Origin: Alphaproteobacteria bacterium
GTDB lineage: Bacteria; Pseudomonadota; Alphaproteobacteria; SP197
NCBI GenBank assembly: GCA_964291415.2
Contig: OZ219918.1
Coordinates: forward strand, 1,152,001 to 1,216,000
Reading direction: 5' to 3'
Length of the DNA stretch: 64,000 bases
Shown: in pieces, positions 19,567 to 30,004 of the stretch
Numbering within the stretch: the stretch's first letter is position 1
Layout: every line of letters starts with the position of its first letter
Made by a program: the position numbers and the translations under genes
The notes under the pieces: generated by a model
Told to the model about the DNA's origin: nothing
Database searches by the model: none
Seen by the model: the letters and a program-made list of their open reading frames with translations, nothing else

Positions 19567-20574
19567 ATGGGCAGGTTCTATTTTGATGACGATGCCGATC
19601 CGGCCCTGCTCGACGGCAGGACGGTTGCCGTGATCGGTTACGGCAACCAGGGGCGCAGCCAGGCGCTCAACATGAAGGACCGCGGTGTCGACGTGATCGT
19701 CGGCAACATCGAGGACGAATATGCCGAAAGCGCGCGGGCTGACGGATGGGATCTCCTGACCATCGAGGAGGCGGCCGCCCGGGCCGATGTCCTGATGATG
19801 CTGACGTCCGACGACAGTCAGCCGGACGTCTATGAAAACTGGGTGAAGAAGAGCCTCAAGCCCGGTGACGTCATGTGCTTTGCCCATGGCTTCAACATCC
19901 ATTACGGCGAGATTTCCCCCGACCCGCAGACGGATGTCGTCATGGTTGCGCCACGCATGCTCGGAGAGGGCGTGCGGGCGACGTTCCTCGAGGGGCGCGG
20001 CTTTCCGAGCCTGATTGCCGTGGCTCAGGACGGCAGTGGCAGGGCTCTCGACATGTGTCTTGCGATCTCCTGGGCGATCGGCACGACACGAATGGGGGCG
20101 CTGGAATCGAGTTTCGGTGAGGAGGTCCTCATCGATCTCTTCGAGGAACACCAGCCGGGGCTCTACGCCCTGCGCGCCATGTACACGGCCCTCGTCGAGG
20201 CGGGCTGTTCTCCCGAGGCGGTGATGCTCGATCTCTATGCGTCCGGAGAAAGCGTCAAGTTCGCCGAGTACGGGCGTGACCTCGGCGCCTTCGAGCGCAT
20301 GAAACGAACCAGCGCCACGGCGCAATTCGGCCATCTTGTGTGGTCGAAACAGTACTTCGACGAGGAAGGGACGCTTGAAGGCATGCGCCGGATGATCGCC
20401 AACATCAAGGACGGCAGCTTCATCCGTGCGCTAAAGGCCGAACGGCAGAAGAACCGGCCGGCGGTCGAGGCTGTCTGGCAGGAAAACAACGATCACGATC
20501 TTGTCCGCCGTGAACACGACCTCTATCAGCTACTCGGACGCCGGGAGAAGGGTGCGCCGACCCCCGGAGGCTGA
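19567..20574 (+). CDS. ilvC: Ketol-acid reductoisomerase-like protein (divergent)
   Basis: IGYGNQGRSQALN, FAHGFNI, APRMLG, DLFEEH, LYASGE. Confidence 0.8.
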   Translation: MGRFYFDDDADPALLDGRTVAVIGYGNQGRSQALNMKDRGVDVIVGNIEDEYAESARADGWDLLTIEEAAARADVLMMLTSDDSQPDVYENWVKKSLKPGDVMCFAHGFNIHYGEISPDPQTDVVMVAPRMLGEGVRATFLEGRGFPSLIAVAQDGSGRALDMCLAISWAIGTTRMGALESSFGEEVLIDLFEEHQPGLYALRAMYTALVEAGCSPEAVMLDLYASGESVKFAEYGRDLGAFERMKRTSATAQFGHLVWSKQYFDEEGTLEGMRRMIANIKDGSFIRALKAERQKNRPAVEAVWQENNDHDLVRREHDLYQLLGRREKGAPTPGG

Positions 20575-20640
20575 CGAGGCGCACGGCAGTTTCAGGGGTC
20601 GGTGCCGTCCGGCCTCCAGTGAAGAAACCGGTTCTCATGC

Positions 20641-22707
20641 ATGCCGCACACTACGGACAAGAGCCAAACGATGGGTGAAGACGGCTGGCGTCTTGGCGTC
20701 GATATCGGTGGGACCTTCACCGACTTCCAGCTCATGAACACCCGGTCGGGAGAGGTGATGGCGCTGAAGACGCCGTCGACTCCCGACGACCCGTCGCTGG
20801 CGGTGGCGAGAGGACTCGAGGACATCACCAGCCGGCATGGCATTGACCCTTCCGCCATCCGCTACTTCGCGCACGGCACCACGCTCGCCGTCAACACGCT
20901 TCTCGAGCGCAAGGGCGCGTGCACCGGGGTGCTGATGACCCGGGGCTTCACCGATACGCTCGAACTGCGCCGTCTGCGTCTTTCGAAGGCCAACGATTTC
21001 TTTGTGCCCCGACCCGTTCCGCTGGTGCCCCGCCGGCTGGTCCGTCCGGTCGACGAGAGACTCAAGGCCGATGGAGAGGTCATCACGCCACTGCAGCGCG
21101 AGGACGTGGAGGAGCAGGTCCGGGCCCTGCTGGACGAGGGTGTGGAGACGATTGCCGTGTGCCTTCTTCACGCATATCGCAACCCGCGTCACGAACAACT
21201 GGCAAGACAATGGATCACGGAGAGTTTTCCTCAAGTCTACGTCACCATCTCAACCGATGTGTGGCCTCAGCAGCGGGAGTATGAACGCGCTCTCGTCAGT
21301 GTCATCAATGCCTATGTCGGCGGTCGCATGGAGGCCTACTTCACTACCCTCGAGAAACGGACACGGGACCTTGCCATGCCATGCCGCGTCTTTTCGACGA
21401 AGTCGAACGGCGGCGTGATGACGGCCGCCTCGGCGGCCCGGCGGCCGGTCGAGACCCTGCTCTCCGGTCCGGCCTCGGGGGTGATCGGCGCCCGCCATGT
21501 CGCCAGTTCCATCGGAGACGATCATGTCGTTACCCTCGACATGGGCGGCACCAGTGTCGACGTGTCGATCATCCAGGGAGCCATCGGCCAGGCGACCGAC
21601 AACACGATCGGGGACATCCCGGTCATCATGCCGGCCGTCGACGTGTCGGCGGTCGGTGCCGGCGGCGGTTCGATCGCCTGGACGGACAGCGAAGGCGTGC
21701 TCAAGGTGGGTCCCCGGAGCGCCGGGGCCCGGCCGGGTCCTGCGTGCTATGGACGGGGCGGCACGCAGCCAACCGTGACCGATGCCTACCTCGTGGCCGG
21801 CATCATCGCCGAGGACAGCCTCCTCGATGGCACGATGGTTCTCGATCGTGCGCGGGCACATGCCGCGATCGACCGACTGGCAGCTGTCATCGGCCGCACG
21901 GGAAGCGAGACCGCCGATGCGATACTCCAGGTGACGACAGCCAACATCTACGCGCAGCTGCTGCCCCTGACGGCGCGCCGCGGGATCGACACGACGGGAT
22001 TTTCCATGCTGGCCTATGGCGCCGCCGGTCCGACGCAGGCCTTCATGCTGGCGCGGGAACTGGACCTGCGCCGTATCATCGTGCCGCCGGCCCCCGGGAC
22101 TCTGTGCGCCCTTGGATGCCTTGTCGCGGATTTCCGTGCGGACTTCGTCCAGAGTGTATGGCGTGACCTCGACACCCTCTCGGACAGGGATCTTGGCGAT
22201 ACCTACGCCAGTCTCGAAGCAAAGGCCCGCGCCTGGCTGGCGGAACAGGACGCCGGGGTGGCGGACGTCCATGTCCTGCGTTCGGCGGATCTCTGTCATG
22301 TCGGCCAATCCTACGAGATCAACGTGCCGTTCCCGGACGTACAGGCCTTGTCCACCGAAGACCTCAATCGATGGTTTCTCGAGCGTTATCAGAGAGTCTA
22401 CGGCTATCACGACCCGCATGCGCCCGTGCGGATGCTGGAAGCACGCCTGCAGATTGTCGGTGTGACACCCTCTCCTCCGGTGTTTTCCAGGCCCGCCGGA
22501 GGCGGCGGCCGGCCACGCGGCGTGCGGCGAGTTCACGAAGCGGGCGACGCAGTGGAGGCTCACGTGTGGCGGCGCGAGGATCTGCGGCAGGGGGAGACCT
22601 ATCCCGGTCCCCTTGTGATCGAGCAGTACGACACCACCACGTGGGTGCCACCGGGATTCGTGGCGACGGTTGACGATTTCGGGAATCTCGTCGGGGAGCG
22701 CGGCTGA
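20641..22707 (+). CDS. Hydantoinase/oxoprolinase subunit A
   Basis: GVDIGGTFTD, LSGPASG, DMGGTS, GAGGGS, PGPACYGRGG; start could be 20671. Confidence 0.92.
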   Translation: MPHTTDKSQTMGEDGWRLGVDIGGTFTDFQLMNTRSGEVMALKTPSTPDDPSLAVARGLEDITSRHGIDPSAIRYFAHGTTLAVNTLLERKGACTGVLMTRGFTDTLELRRLRLSKANDFFVPRPVPLVPRRLVRPVDERLKADGEVITPLQREDVEEQVRALLDEGVETIAVCLLHAYRNPRHEQLARQWITESFPQVYVTISTDVWPQQREYERALVSVINAYVGGRMEAYFTTLEKRTRDLAMPCRVFSTKSNGGVMTAASAARRPVETLLSGPASGVIGARHVASSIGDDHVVTLDMGGTSVDVSIIQGAIGQATDNTIGDIPVIMPAVDVSAVGAGGGSIAWTDSEGVLKVGPRSAGARPGPACYGRGGTQPTVTDAYLVAGIIAEDSLLDGTMVLDRARAHAAIDRLAAVIGRTGSETADAILQVTTANIYAQLLPLTARRGIDTTGFSMLAYGAAGPTQAFMLARELDLRRIIVPPAPGTLCALGCLVADFRADFVQSVWRDLDTLSDRDLGDTYASLEAKARAWLAEQDAGVADVHVLRSADLCHVGQSYEINVPFPDVQALSTEDLNRWFLERYQRVYGYHDPHAPVRMLEARLQIVGVTPSPPVFSRPAGGGGRPRGVRRVHEAGDAVEAHVWRREDLRQGETYPGPLVIEQYDTTTWVPPGFVATVDDFGNLVGERG

Positions 22708-24704
22708 TGCACGATCCCGTTCGCCTCGAAATCCTTCTCAACCGCTTCCAGGCCATTGTCGACGAGATGGCAGGCGTGATTTCGCGCACCGCGCACACTG
22801 TCTTCGTCAAGGAAACACAGGACTACGGATCGGTTCTCGTGTCGCGATCCGGCGAGGTGTTCGCCGCGCCGCGCCGCTATGGGGTGCTGATGATGATCGG
22901 CATGCCCATGGCTGGGGCCCTGGAGCGGATCGGTGACGATGTCGAGGAGGGCGACGTCTTCATCTCCAATGATCCGGACGCCACCCGGGGCATGGCGACC
23001 CATCTTTCCGATGTCTACCTCTGGGCTCCGATCCATGTTGACGGCGCCTTGCTGTGCTGGGCGTGGACATTCATCCATGTCTCGGACATCGGAGGCCGGG
23101 TTCCCGGATCGATCGCGCCGTCGAGCCACGAAATCATCCAGGAAGGCCTGCGGATCCCGCCACAGAAACTCTATTGCGGTGGCGAGCTCAACCAGCCCCT
23201 GCTGGACATGATTCTCGCCAATTGCCGGACTCCGGAGGGCAACTGGGGCGACATGAAGGCCTGTCTTGCCGGGCTTGCAACCGCCGAAAGGAGGGTGCGG
23301 CACCTCGTTGATCATTACGGCTGCGAGGTCATCGATCACACGATCGACGAGGCTCTCGACTATGCCGAGACGCAGGCGCGCCGGGTGATCGCCCATGTTC
23401 CAGACGGCAGCTATCGCTACACCGACTACATCGAGGCCGACATGGTGGGCCTCGGACTGGTGCGCATCCATGTCACGCTGACGGTCGAGGGCGATGGCAT
23501 GCTGCTTGATTTCACGGGAACGGCTCCCCAGGTGAGAGCAGCCCTCAACATTCCGACCTACAACCAGGACGGGCACTGGATGCTGATTACCGGCCTGGTG
23601 AACTGGATGTGCACACAGGCGCCGTCCATTGCCTACAACGCCGGGCTGGTGCGACCGCTGAAGGTGACGATCCCGAAGGGAACGATTCTCAACCCCGAGC
23701 CAGGCGCCGCCTGCGGGGCACGCTATTCCACCAGCCACAAGGTGTGCGACGTCACCGTGGGAGCCCTGGCCCAGGCGGTGCCCATGGAGTTGCCGGCAAC
23801 GGATTCGGGCCAGGGGTCCATTCTTCTCGTTTCGGTCCCCGACCTGGCGACCGGCGGCACCAAGGTGTCGGTCATTCAGCCCATCGTCGGTGGTTCCGGT
23901 GGCCGACCGGTGGCGGACGGTGTCGATGGCACCATGGTGATTCTCAACTTTCTCAAGAATATCCCGACGGAGATCTTCGAGAACGAGATGCCGGAAATCC
24001 TCATCCGCCACTATGGACTGAGGGAAGATTCAGGCGGTCCGGGCCGCTACAGGGGAGGTACCGGCATCGAGATCGAGATCGAGACCTCCTCGCACTACAC
24101 CTCGATCACGTCGCGGTGCATGGAACGATATGTCTTCGGCCCGCCCGGCAGACTGGGCGGATACATGGGCGCCACGGGATACACCAGGCTCAATCCGGGA
24201 ACGCCCCTGGAGCGCGATCTCGGCAAGATCGATGTCCTCGAACTGCAGCCCGGTGATGTCCTGAGGATCGGAACCCAGGGCGGAGGCGGCTTCGGTGACC
24301 CTCTCGAAAGGCCGGAAGCCGACGTGGCGTTTGATGTGATGAACGGCGTCGTCAATCGAACCAGCGCGGAGCGCCACTACGGGGTCGTGCTCGATGATGA
24401 AGGCGTCATCGATGCTACGGCAACATCCGGCCGGCGTCAGGCCATCCGCGCGCAGCGGGGTTGGCAGGATCCGCCGCTCTATGGATTCGGTGAAGCCCGG
24501 GAGGCCTGGTCGGTCCTGTGGACGGATGATCTCGAGGACGCCATCTCGGCAGCCACCCGGGACCTGCCGGTGCAGTTGCGGCAATTCGTCCATCAGCAAC
24601 TCGTCGAGGAGATCCGCAAGCGCCTCGAAAGCGGAGAAACCGTGGCGCCGGCGTGCGTTCCCGATCTTCTTGCCATGTTCAGCACGGGCGTACGGCGAGC
24701 ATGA
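22707..24704 (+). CDS. Hydantoinase B/oxoprolinase subunit
   Basis: TGATG overlap; THLSD, HVSDIGGRVPGS, DSGGPGRYRGG, GGGGFGDPLER. Confidence 0.92.
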   Translation: MHDPVRLEILLNRFQAIVDEMAGVISRTAHTVFVKETQDYGSVLVSRSGEVFAAPRRYGVLMMIGMPMAGALERIGDDVEEGDVFISNDPDATRGMATHLSDVYLWAPIHVDGALLCWAWTFIHVSDIGGRVPGSIAPSSHEIIQEGLRIPPQKLYCGGELNQPLLDMILANCRTPEGNWGDMKACLAGLATAERRVRHLVDHYGCEVIDHTIDEALDYAETQARRVIAHVPDGSYRYTDYIEADMVGLGLVRIHVTLTVEGDGMLLDFTGTAPQVRAALNIPTYNQDGHWMLITGLVNWMCTQAPSIAYNAGLVRPLKVTIPKGTILNPEPGAACGARYSTSHKVCDVTVGALAQAVPMELPATDSGQGSILLVSVPDLATGGTKVSVIQPIVGGSGGRPVADGVDGTMVILNFLKNIPTEIFENEMPEILIRHYGLREDSGGPGRYRGGTGIEIEIETSSHYTSITSRCMERYVFGPPGRLGGYMGATGYTRLNPGTPLERDLGKIDVLELQPGDVLRIGTQGGGGFGDPLERPEADVAFDVMNGVVNRTSAERHYGVVLDDEGVIDATATSGRRQAIRAQRGWQDPPLYGFGEAREAWSVLWTDDLEDAISAATRDLPVQLRQFVHQQLVEEIRKRLESGETVAPACVPDLLAMFSTGVRRA

Positions 24705-24773
24705 GCCAACGCCCTCGAATGCGGGACAACCATGATAGCGGCGGTCTCGACGACTGAAGTGTCTGCAGGATGG

Positions 24774-25970
24774 TCAGGAAAGGGCGCCGTGGGGGAGGTT
24801 CATGTTGGCCGCATCGCTTCCCAGGGAACTGGCCAGCAGGCGCAGGGTCGAATTGAACTCGTCGGTCTCGATGTTGCATGACCTCATGTAGCGGTCGCTG
24901 TCGGCGACGAACTCCGTCCTCCCGTGGAGCACCCGCTGATTGTTGAAGAACAGCGCTTCGCCGGAGGCACAGGGAAGGGTGATCCGGTATGCCGGATCGA
25001 AGAGCATCTCCTGCAGCAGGCGCATGGCGCGGTAGAAGGAGCGGACCTCACCATCGGGGAGGTCGCCCGGACCGATCGCCCGGTCGAGAAGCCGGATTCC
25101 GGCAATCTCTCCATCCTCATCGAGGCTGAAGGCTGGTGCGCGCATGCGAAAGTCGCGGTCCGGGTTGACCAGGCGCCGATAGAAGGTAATGGGCCGGGTC
25201 GACAGCAGGCGGAAGGCTTCTTCGTCCACTTCCTTGAGACGCATGCCGACATGGAAGCCGTCAGTCAGGGTCGAGGCCCCGCCATGTGCGGATGCCTGGA
25301 CAAAGTGAAAGCAGGTCACGGCCGGCGGATTCTGGCGGTAGGGCTCATCCGTGTGGGGATCGAGCCTGACGTTGAGGTCACCCAGGACGAGAGCGTCCCG
25401 CTTGTAGGTGAACTCGTAGATCCTGCCGTAGTTCGTGGTCCGCAAGGGCCCCGCCAGAGAGGCGATCGCTTCGGTCTGATCCGGGTCGCGCGGCACACCC
25501 CGCACCAGGACAAAACCGTAGTCCCTCAGCGCCTCCAGCATGGCCAGGTGCGCGGCCCCGTCCTTCATGCATGCGTCATAGTCCGCCTCGGGCGGGCGGC
25601 CCTCCAGACCGTTGTCCCAAAGGACCGGTCGGAAGCGCCGCCGGTCCCGTTCGGCGGAACTGTTGCATCGGTTGCGCAGCCACTCGCCGGCAAAGCTGCT
25701 GGCATGACCGTCGCCGGACCAGATGACCTCCAGGGCTCCATGTTCTCTCGCCCGAGTGCTGACAATGCGAATGTCCTCGGGGATATCGACGAGCCGCAGC
25801 GTGCGTATGGCGCTGTGGTAGGTGCCGCACGAGGCGCACTCGCAGGCGTATCTCAGCCAGAGCGCATCAAATCTGCTTCGGTGTCTGTCCTGCCAGTGAA
25901 TGACCAGATGGTCCCCGGCGTTGTCGATATGGGCGATACGGTAACGCGGCGTCGAGGAAACCCCAGTCAT
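24774..25970 (-). CDS. Gamma-butyrobetaine hydroxylase-like Fe(II)/2OG dioxygenase
   Basis: N-terminal WLR..CEC..C and DGH.S zinc domain; PHTDEPY; NQRVLHGR. Confidence 0.88.
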   Translation of the reverse strand: MTGVSSTPRYRIAHIDNAGDHLVIHWQDRHRSRFDALWLRYACECASCGTYHSAIRTLRLVDIPEDIRIVSTRAREHGALEVIWSGDGHASSFAGEWLRNRCNSSAERDRRRFRPVLWDNGLEGRPPEADYDACMKDGAAHLAMLEALRDYGFVLVRGVPRDPDQTEAIASLAGPLRTTNYGRIYEFTYKRDALVLGDLNVRLDPHTDEPYRQNPPAVTCFHFVQASAHGGASTLTDGFHVGMRLKEVDEEAFRLLSTRPITFYRRLVNPDRDFRMRAPAFSLDEDGEIAGIRLLDRAIGPGDLPDGEVRSFYRAMRLLQEMLFDPAYRITLPCASGEALFFNNQRVLHGRTEFVADSDRYMRSCNIETDEFNSTLRLLASSLGSDAANMNLPHGALS

Positions 25971-26136
25971 GGTGGCACCCCCTGGCGAATCGACACCACA
26001 AAATGTGTCACAACCGTGTTTTGGCGACAAGCGGGAAGTGTTCCGATGAATCCCATGGTCACCTTCTGCAACGATCCTGACAAGAATGCCGGGCCGCTGG
26101 TAGACTTGGCGCATCGTCTGATCGGATTGAAATGCC

Positions 26137-26889
26137 ATGACACAGCCACGAGAGGTTCCCGGCCCCATGTCCGAGGAGGAGTGGCAGGTTCGCTGCGACC
26201 TTGCGGCGTGCTACCAGCTGGTCGATCTCTACGGCTGGTCGGATCTGTCGAGCACCCATATCTCCGCGCGCATTCCGGGGACCGATGACGTGCTCTTCAA
26301 CCCCTATGGCGTGCTCTTCGACCAGATCACCGCAAGTTCACTGGTGAAAGTCGACAGCAGTGGCGAGGGCGACATCAATCCCGCCGGTTTTCTGATTCAT
26401 CGTGCCATCCACGATGCCAGGCCGGACGTTCACTGCGTTCTTCATACCCACACGCGGGCCGGCAACGCCGTGGCCATGCAGGAGGCCGGGCTGCTGCCGC
26501 TCAGCCAGAAGGCCCTCATCCTGATGGGCTGGATCGGCTATCACGACTTTGAGGGTGTCGTTCTCGACGCCGATGAACAGCAGCGCCTTGTCCGCGATCT
26601 TGGCGACAACATGATTCTCGTCCTGCGCAACCACGGACTTCTCACCTGCGGCGACAGCATCGCAGCGGCGTTCGTGTGGATGCACCGCATGGAAGCCGCC
26701 TGCAGGTACCAGGTGGACGGCATGTCGGGCGGCACGCCGCTTCGCTATCCCGATGAGAGTGTCCAGGAGAAGACCATCGAGCAGGGCCGCCGCATTCTTT
26801 CGAACTCGGGCCATGCGCGCTCGGGCATGGAGTGGGCATCCCTTCTCACGCAGCTCGACCGGGAACGAGGGAACGCCTGGCGGACGTGA
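26137..26889 (+). CDS. Class II aldolase/adducin family protein
   Basis: RCDLAACY, HISAR, LHTHT, LRNHGLLT. Confidence 0.92.
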   Translation: MTQPREVPGPMSEEEWQVRCDLAACYQLVDLYGWSDLSSTHISARIPGTDDVLFNPYGVLFDQITASSLVKVDSSGEGDINPAGFLIHRAIHDARPDVHCVLHTHTRAGNAVAMQEAGLLPLSQKALILMGWIGYHDFEGVVLDADEQQRLVRDLGDNMILVLRNHGLLTCGDSIAAAFVWMHRMEAACRYQVDGMSGGTPLRYPDESVQEKTIEQGRRILSNSGHARSGMEWASLLTQLDRERGNAWRT

Positions 26890-26892
26890 AGT

Positions 26893-27654
26893 TCAGGCGG
26901 CGGTCAGGCCGCCGTCGATGACGAATTCGGCGCCAGTCACGAATCGGCTTTCGGCGCTGGCGAGATAGAGAATCATGTCAGCCACTTCGCTCGCCTGGCC
27001 GAGGCGTCCGAGAGGGATCTGCGCCTCGAGTTTCCTGCGGGTGGTCTCCGGGTCGCGGCTGCGCTGGATGAGCGCCTCCACCATCGGTGTTTCGATGAAC
27101 GCCGGATGCACCGAATTGCAGCGGATGTCGTAGCGCCTGCGGGCGCAGTGCAGAGCAACGGACTTGGTGAGCAGGCGCACGGCGCCCTTGCTCGCATTGT
27201 AGGCAGCAAGATTGTGGCCACCGACAAGACCGGAAACCGAAGAGAGATTGACGATCGATCCGCCGCCGGACTGTTTCATGGCGATGACCGCGTGCTTGCA
27301 CCCGAGGAATGTCCCGTCGGCGTTGACGGCCATGACCCGGCGCCAGTCCTCGAGTGTCGTCTCCTCGACATTGGTGGAGCGGCCCGTTCCGGCGCTGTTG
27401 ACGAGAACCGAAATCGGCCCGTTGGCGTTCCCGGCTTCGGCGATAGCCGCCGTCCACGAGGCCTCGCATGTCACGTCATGATGGATGGTCAACACGGACG
27501 ATCCCAGGGGGTCGGCGGCTGCGGCCAGCCCCGCCTCGTCGATGTCGCTCATCGCCACCCGGGCGCCCTCCTCGAGGAGGCGGTGAACGGTCAACAATCC
27601 GATCCCGGAGGCGGCGCCGGTGACCAGCGCCGACGTTCCTGTGAACCGTCCCAT
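26893..27654 (-). CDS. Short-chain dehydrogenase/reductase (3beta-HSD/cyclopentanol DH-like)
   Basis: TGAASGIG, YNASK, IRCNSVHP. Confidence 0.92.
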   Translation of the reverse strand: MGRFTGTSALVTGAASGIGLLTVHRLLEEGARVAMSDIDEAGLAAAADPLGSSVLTIHHDVTCEASWTAAIAEAGNANGPISVLVNSAGTGRSTNVEETTLEDWRRVMAVNADGTFLGCKHAVIAMKQSGGGSIVNLSSVSGLVGGHNLAAYNASKGAVRLLTKSVALHCARRRYDIRCNSVHPAFIETPMVEALIQRSRDPETTRRKLEAQIPLGRLGQASEVADMILYLASAESRFVTGAEFVIDGGLTAA

Positions 27655-27793
27655 GATCCTTCAAGCTCCATGCCGCCACAGGCAAAGACGATAGGCGAGG
27701 CCGCGGTAGCGCGGCAACCATCGAGCGTTGCAGCGGCTGCTTCCTGGGCGCACCATGTTCCTTCTGGAGACGGAAAATATGGAGAGCAGACCC

Positions 27794-28552
27794 ATGGCGC
27801 GCGGCATCGATGACAAGGTGGCCCTTGTGACCGGGGGCGGATCGGGGATTGGCGAGGCGACGGCGCAGCGTCTGGCCGCAGAGGGCGCCAGGGTGTTCAT
27901 TGTCGGACGCCGCCAGGAGCGACTCTCGGCTGTCATTGACCGTATCACGGCAGGGGGCGGCACCGCCCATGGCTGCCCTGTCGATCTTTCGACGAGAGCC
28001 GGCGGTGACGAGGCGGTCGTCGCGGCGGTCGAATGGGGAGGCCGGCTCGACATTCTCGTCAACGCCGCCGGAACCTTTCCGGCGACGCCCGTCGACGGTC
28101 TCGAAGATGGCGACTGGGAGGATGCGCTTGCCATCAATCTTGGCGCCGTCATGAGGACGTCGCGCGCCGCCGCACGAGCGATGGCCGGGAGCGGTGGAGC
28201 CATTGTCAACATCTCATCGGTCAACGCCGTCATGGGGGACAAGGTCTCGGTCTGCAGCGCCTACAGCGCCGCCAAGTCGGGGCAACTGGGCCTCACCATG
28301 CAGTTCGCCGCCGAACTAGCGCCCGCCATCCGGGTGAACGCCATCCTGCCCGGACCGGTGAAGACGCCGATGCTGGAGGGGTGGCTCGACGATCCCGAGG
28401 AACGCCGCGCCTGGCTGGAGCGCTTCGTTCCCCTCAACCGCGAGGGACATCCAGAGGAGATTGCCGGCGCCGTTGCCTTTCTCGTTTCGAATGACGGCTC
28501 CTACATCACCGGCGCCGTCCTGCCCGTCGACGGGGGCATGACCATTGTCTGA
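27794..28552 (+). CDS. Short-chain dehydrogenase/reductase
   Basis: GGAGAG RBS; TGGGSGIG, NAAG, YSAAK. Confidence 0.9.
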   Translation: MARGIDDKVALVTGGGSGIGEATAQRLAAEGARVFIVGRRQERLSAVIDRITAGGGTAHGCPVDLSTRAGGDEAVVAAVEWGGRLDILVNAAGTFPATPVDGLEDGDWEDALAINLGAVMRTSRAAARAMAGSGGAIVNISSVNAVMGDKVSVCSAYSAAKSGQLGLTMQFAAELAPAIRVNAILPGPVKTPMLEGWLDDPEERRAWLERFVPLNREGHPEEIAGAVAFLVSNDGSYITGAVLPVDGGMTIV

Positions 28553-29225
28553 TGTCGGCACGGAACGCCTTGTGCGTGATGATCTGGTAGCCGCTGGAGC
28601 GCCGTGGTCCGGCATTGTCCGTCGCGGCGAAGTGCTGCGCATCATCGATCTCGAGGGACGCCAGGGCGTCGATTTCCTGTGCTACAACGCCGCCGATCCC
28701 GCGGAGCGTTATCACGCGCCCAACACCGTCAAGAAGAGCGGAACGCTGCGGCTGACCCGGGGCCATGTGCTCTATTCCGATCGGGCACGACCACTCTTCA
28801 CCATCATTGCCGACACCTGCGGCTTTCATGACACGATCGCCGGCTGCTGCAGCGAACCCTCCAACGCGATGCTCTATGGCGTCACCGGCATGCCGGGATG
28901 CCGCGAGAACTTTCTGAAAGCGCTGGCGTCCCATGGCCTGGGTTGGCGGGACATCGTCTCCAACGTGAACTTCTTCTGCCACGTTCCTGTCCGCGACGAG
29001 TTCCTGCTGGCGGAACGCACGTTTGTCGACAGTCCGTCCGCGCCAGGCGACCGGGTCGACCTCCGGGCCGAGCGGGATGCTCTCGCCGTCATCTCCAACT
29101 GTCCGCAAGTCAACAACATGGCGGCCGGCGGCCGGCCAACACCGATACGCGTCCGGATCATCGCTTGCCGACAGGGCGATGAAAGGCATCATGACGAAGC
29201 GGAACCGCTCGGGAGTGAGCCATGA
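28545..29225 (+). CDS. DUF1989 (urea carboxylase-associated/carboxyguanidine deiminase-like) protein
   Basis: IIDLEGRQGVD, HDTIAGCCS, CRENF, NVNFF, ISNCPQVNN. Confidence 0.88.
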   Translation: MSDVGTERLVRDDLVAAGAPWSGIVRRGEVLRIIDLEGRQGVDFLCYNAADPAERYHAPNTVKKSGTLRLTRGHVLYSDRARPLFTIIADTCGFHDTIAGCCSEPSNAMLYGVTGMPGCRENFLKALASHGLGWRDIVSNVNFFCHVPVRDEFLLAERTFVDSPSAPGDRVDLRAERDALAVISNCPQVNNMAAGGRPTPIRVRIIACRQGDERHHDEAEPLGSEP

Positions 29226-30004
29226 CCTTCCAGATTGCCGACACCTGGTTCGAGCGCCGACGGATCGATGACGACATCACGCTGGTCTTCGAGCCCCATG
29301 TCGACCCCCTCGGCCGTTGCAACATCTGGCACGTCCGGGGATCCGAAGCGGACCTCCTTGTCGATACGGGCATGGGCATCGCCGAACTCAAGCCGGCGAT
29401 TGCGGATCTCTTCGGTCACGCCGTCGTTGCCTTTGCCACGCACACGCACTTCGACCACGTCGGTAGCCTCCACGAGTTTTCCCAACGCGTGGTATCGCGC
29501 CAGGAGGCCGCCCTCATGGAGGATGGCGACAACCGCTTCTCCCTCTTCAGGGAAGACATGGAACCGGAGGTCGTGGAATGCCTGGAGAATGCGGGCTACG
29601 CGCTTCCGGAGTGCCTCATCGATGCGCTTCCCCATGCCGGTTACGACGCCAGGGCCTACCGGGTCGAACCGGCGCGGGCAACCCGTATCGTCGATGAGGG
29701 AGACGTGGTCTCCATCGGCAACCGGCACTTCGAGGTGCTGCACCTTCCAGGTCATTCGCCTGGCAGTGTCGGCTTGTGGGAAGAGCAGACGGGGACGCTG
29801 TTTTCCGGCGATGCGGTCTATGACGGACCGCTTCTTGACCAGCTGCCGGAATCCGATGTGACCGCCTACTGCCGGACCATGGAGCGACTGATGACACTGC
29901 CTGTGACGGTCGTTCATGCGGGGCATGAACCGAGCTTTGGCAGGGAACGTCTCGTCGAACTGACCCGCGCCTATCTCGACTCGCGGATGCACCGGGGAGC
30001 GTGA
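29222..30004 (+). CDS. MBL-fold metallo-hydrolase
   Basis: VDTG, THTHFDH, PGHSPGS, FSGD, AGH. Confidence 0.9.
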   Translation: MTFQIADTWFERRRIDDDITLVFEPHVDPLGRCNIWHVRGSEADLLVDTGMGIAELKPAIADLFGHAVVAFATHTHFDHVGSLHEFSQRVVSRQEAALMEDGDNRFSLFREDMEPEVVECLENAGYALPECLIDALPHAGYDARAYRVEPARATRIVDEGDVVSIGNRHFEVLHLPGHSPGSVGLWEEQTGTLFSGDAVYDGPLLDQLPESDVTAYCRTMERLMTLPVTVVHAGHEPSFGRERLVELTRAYLDSRMHRGA

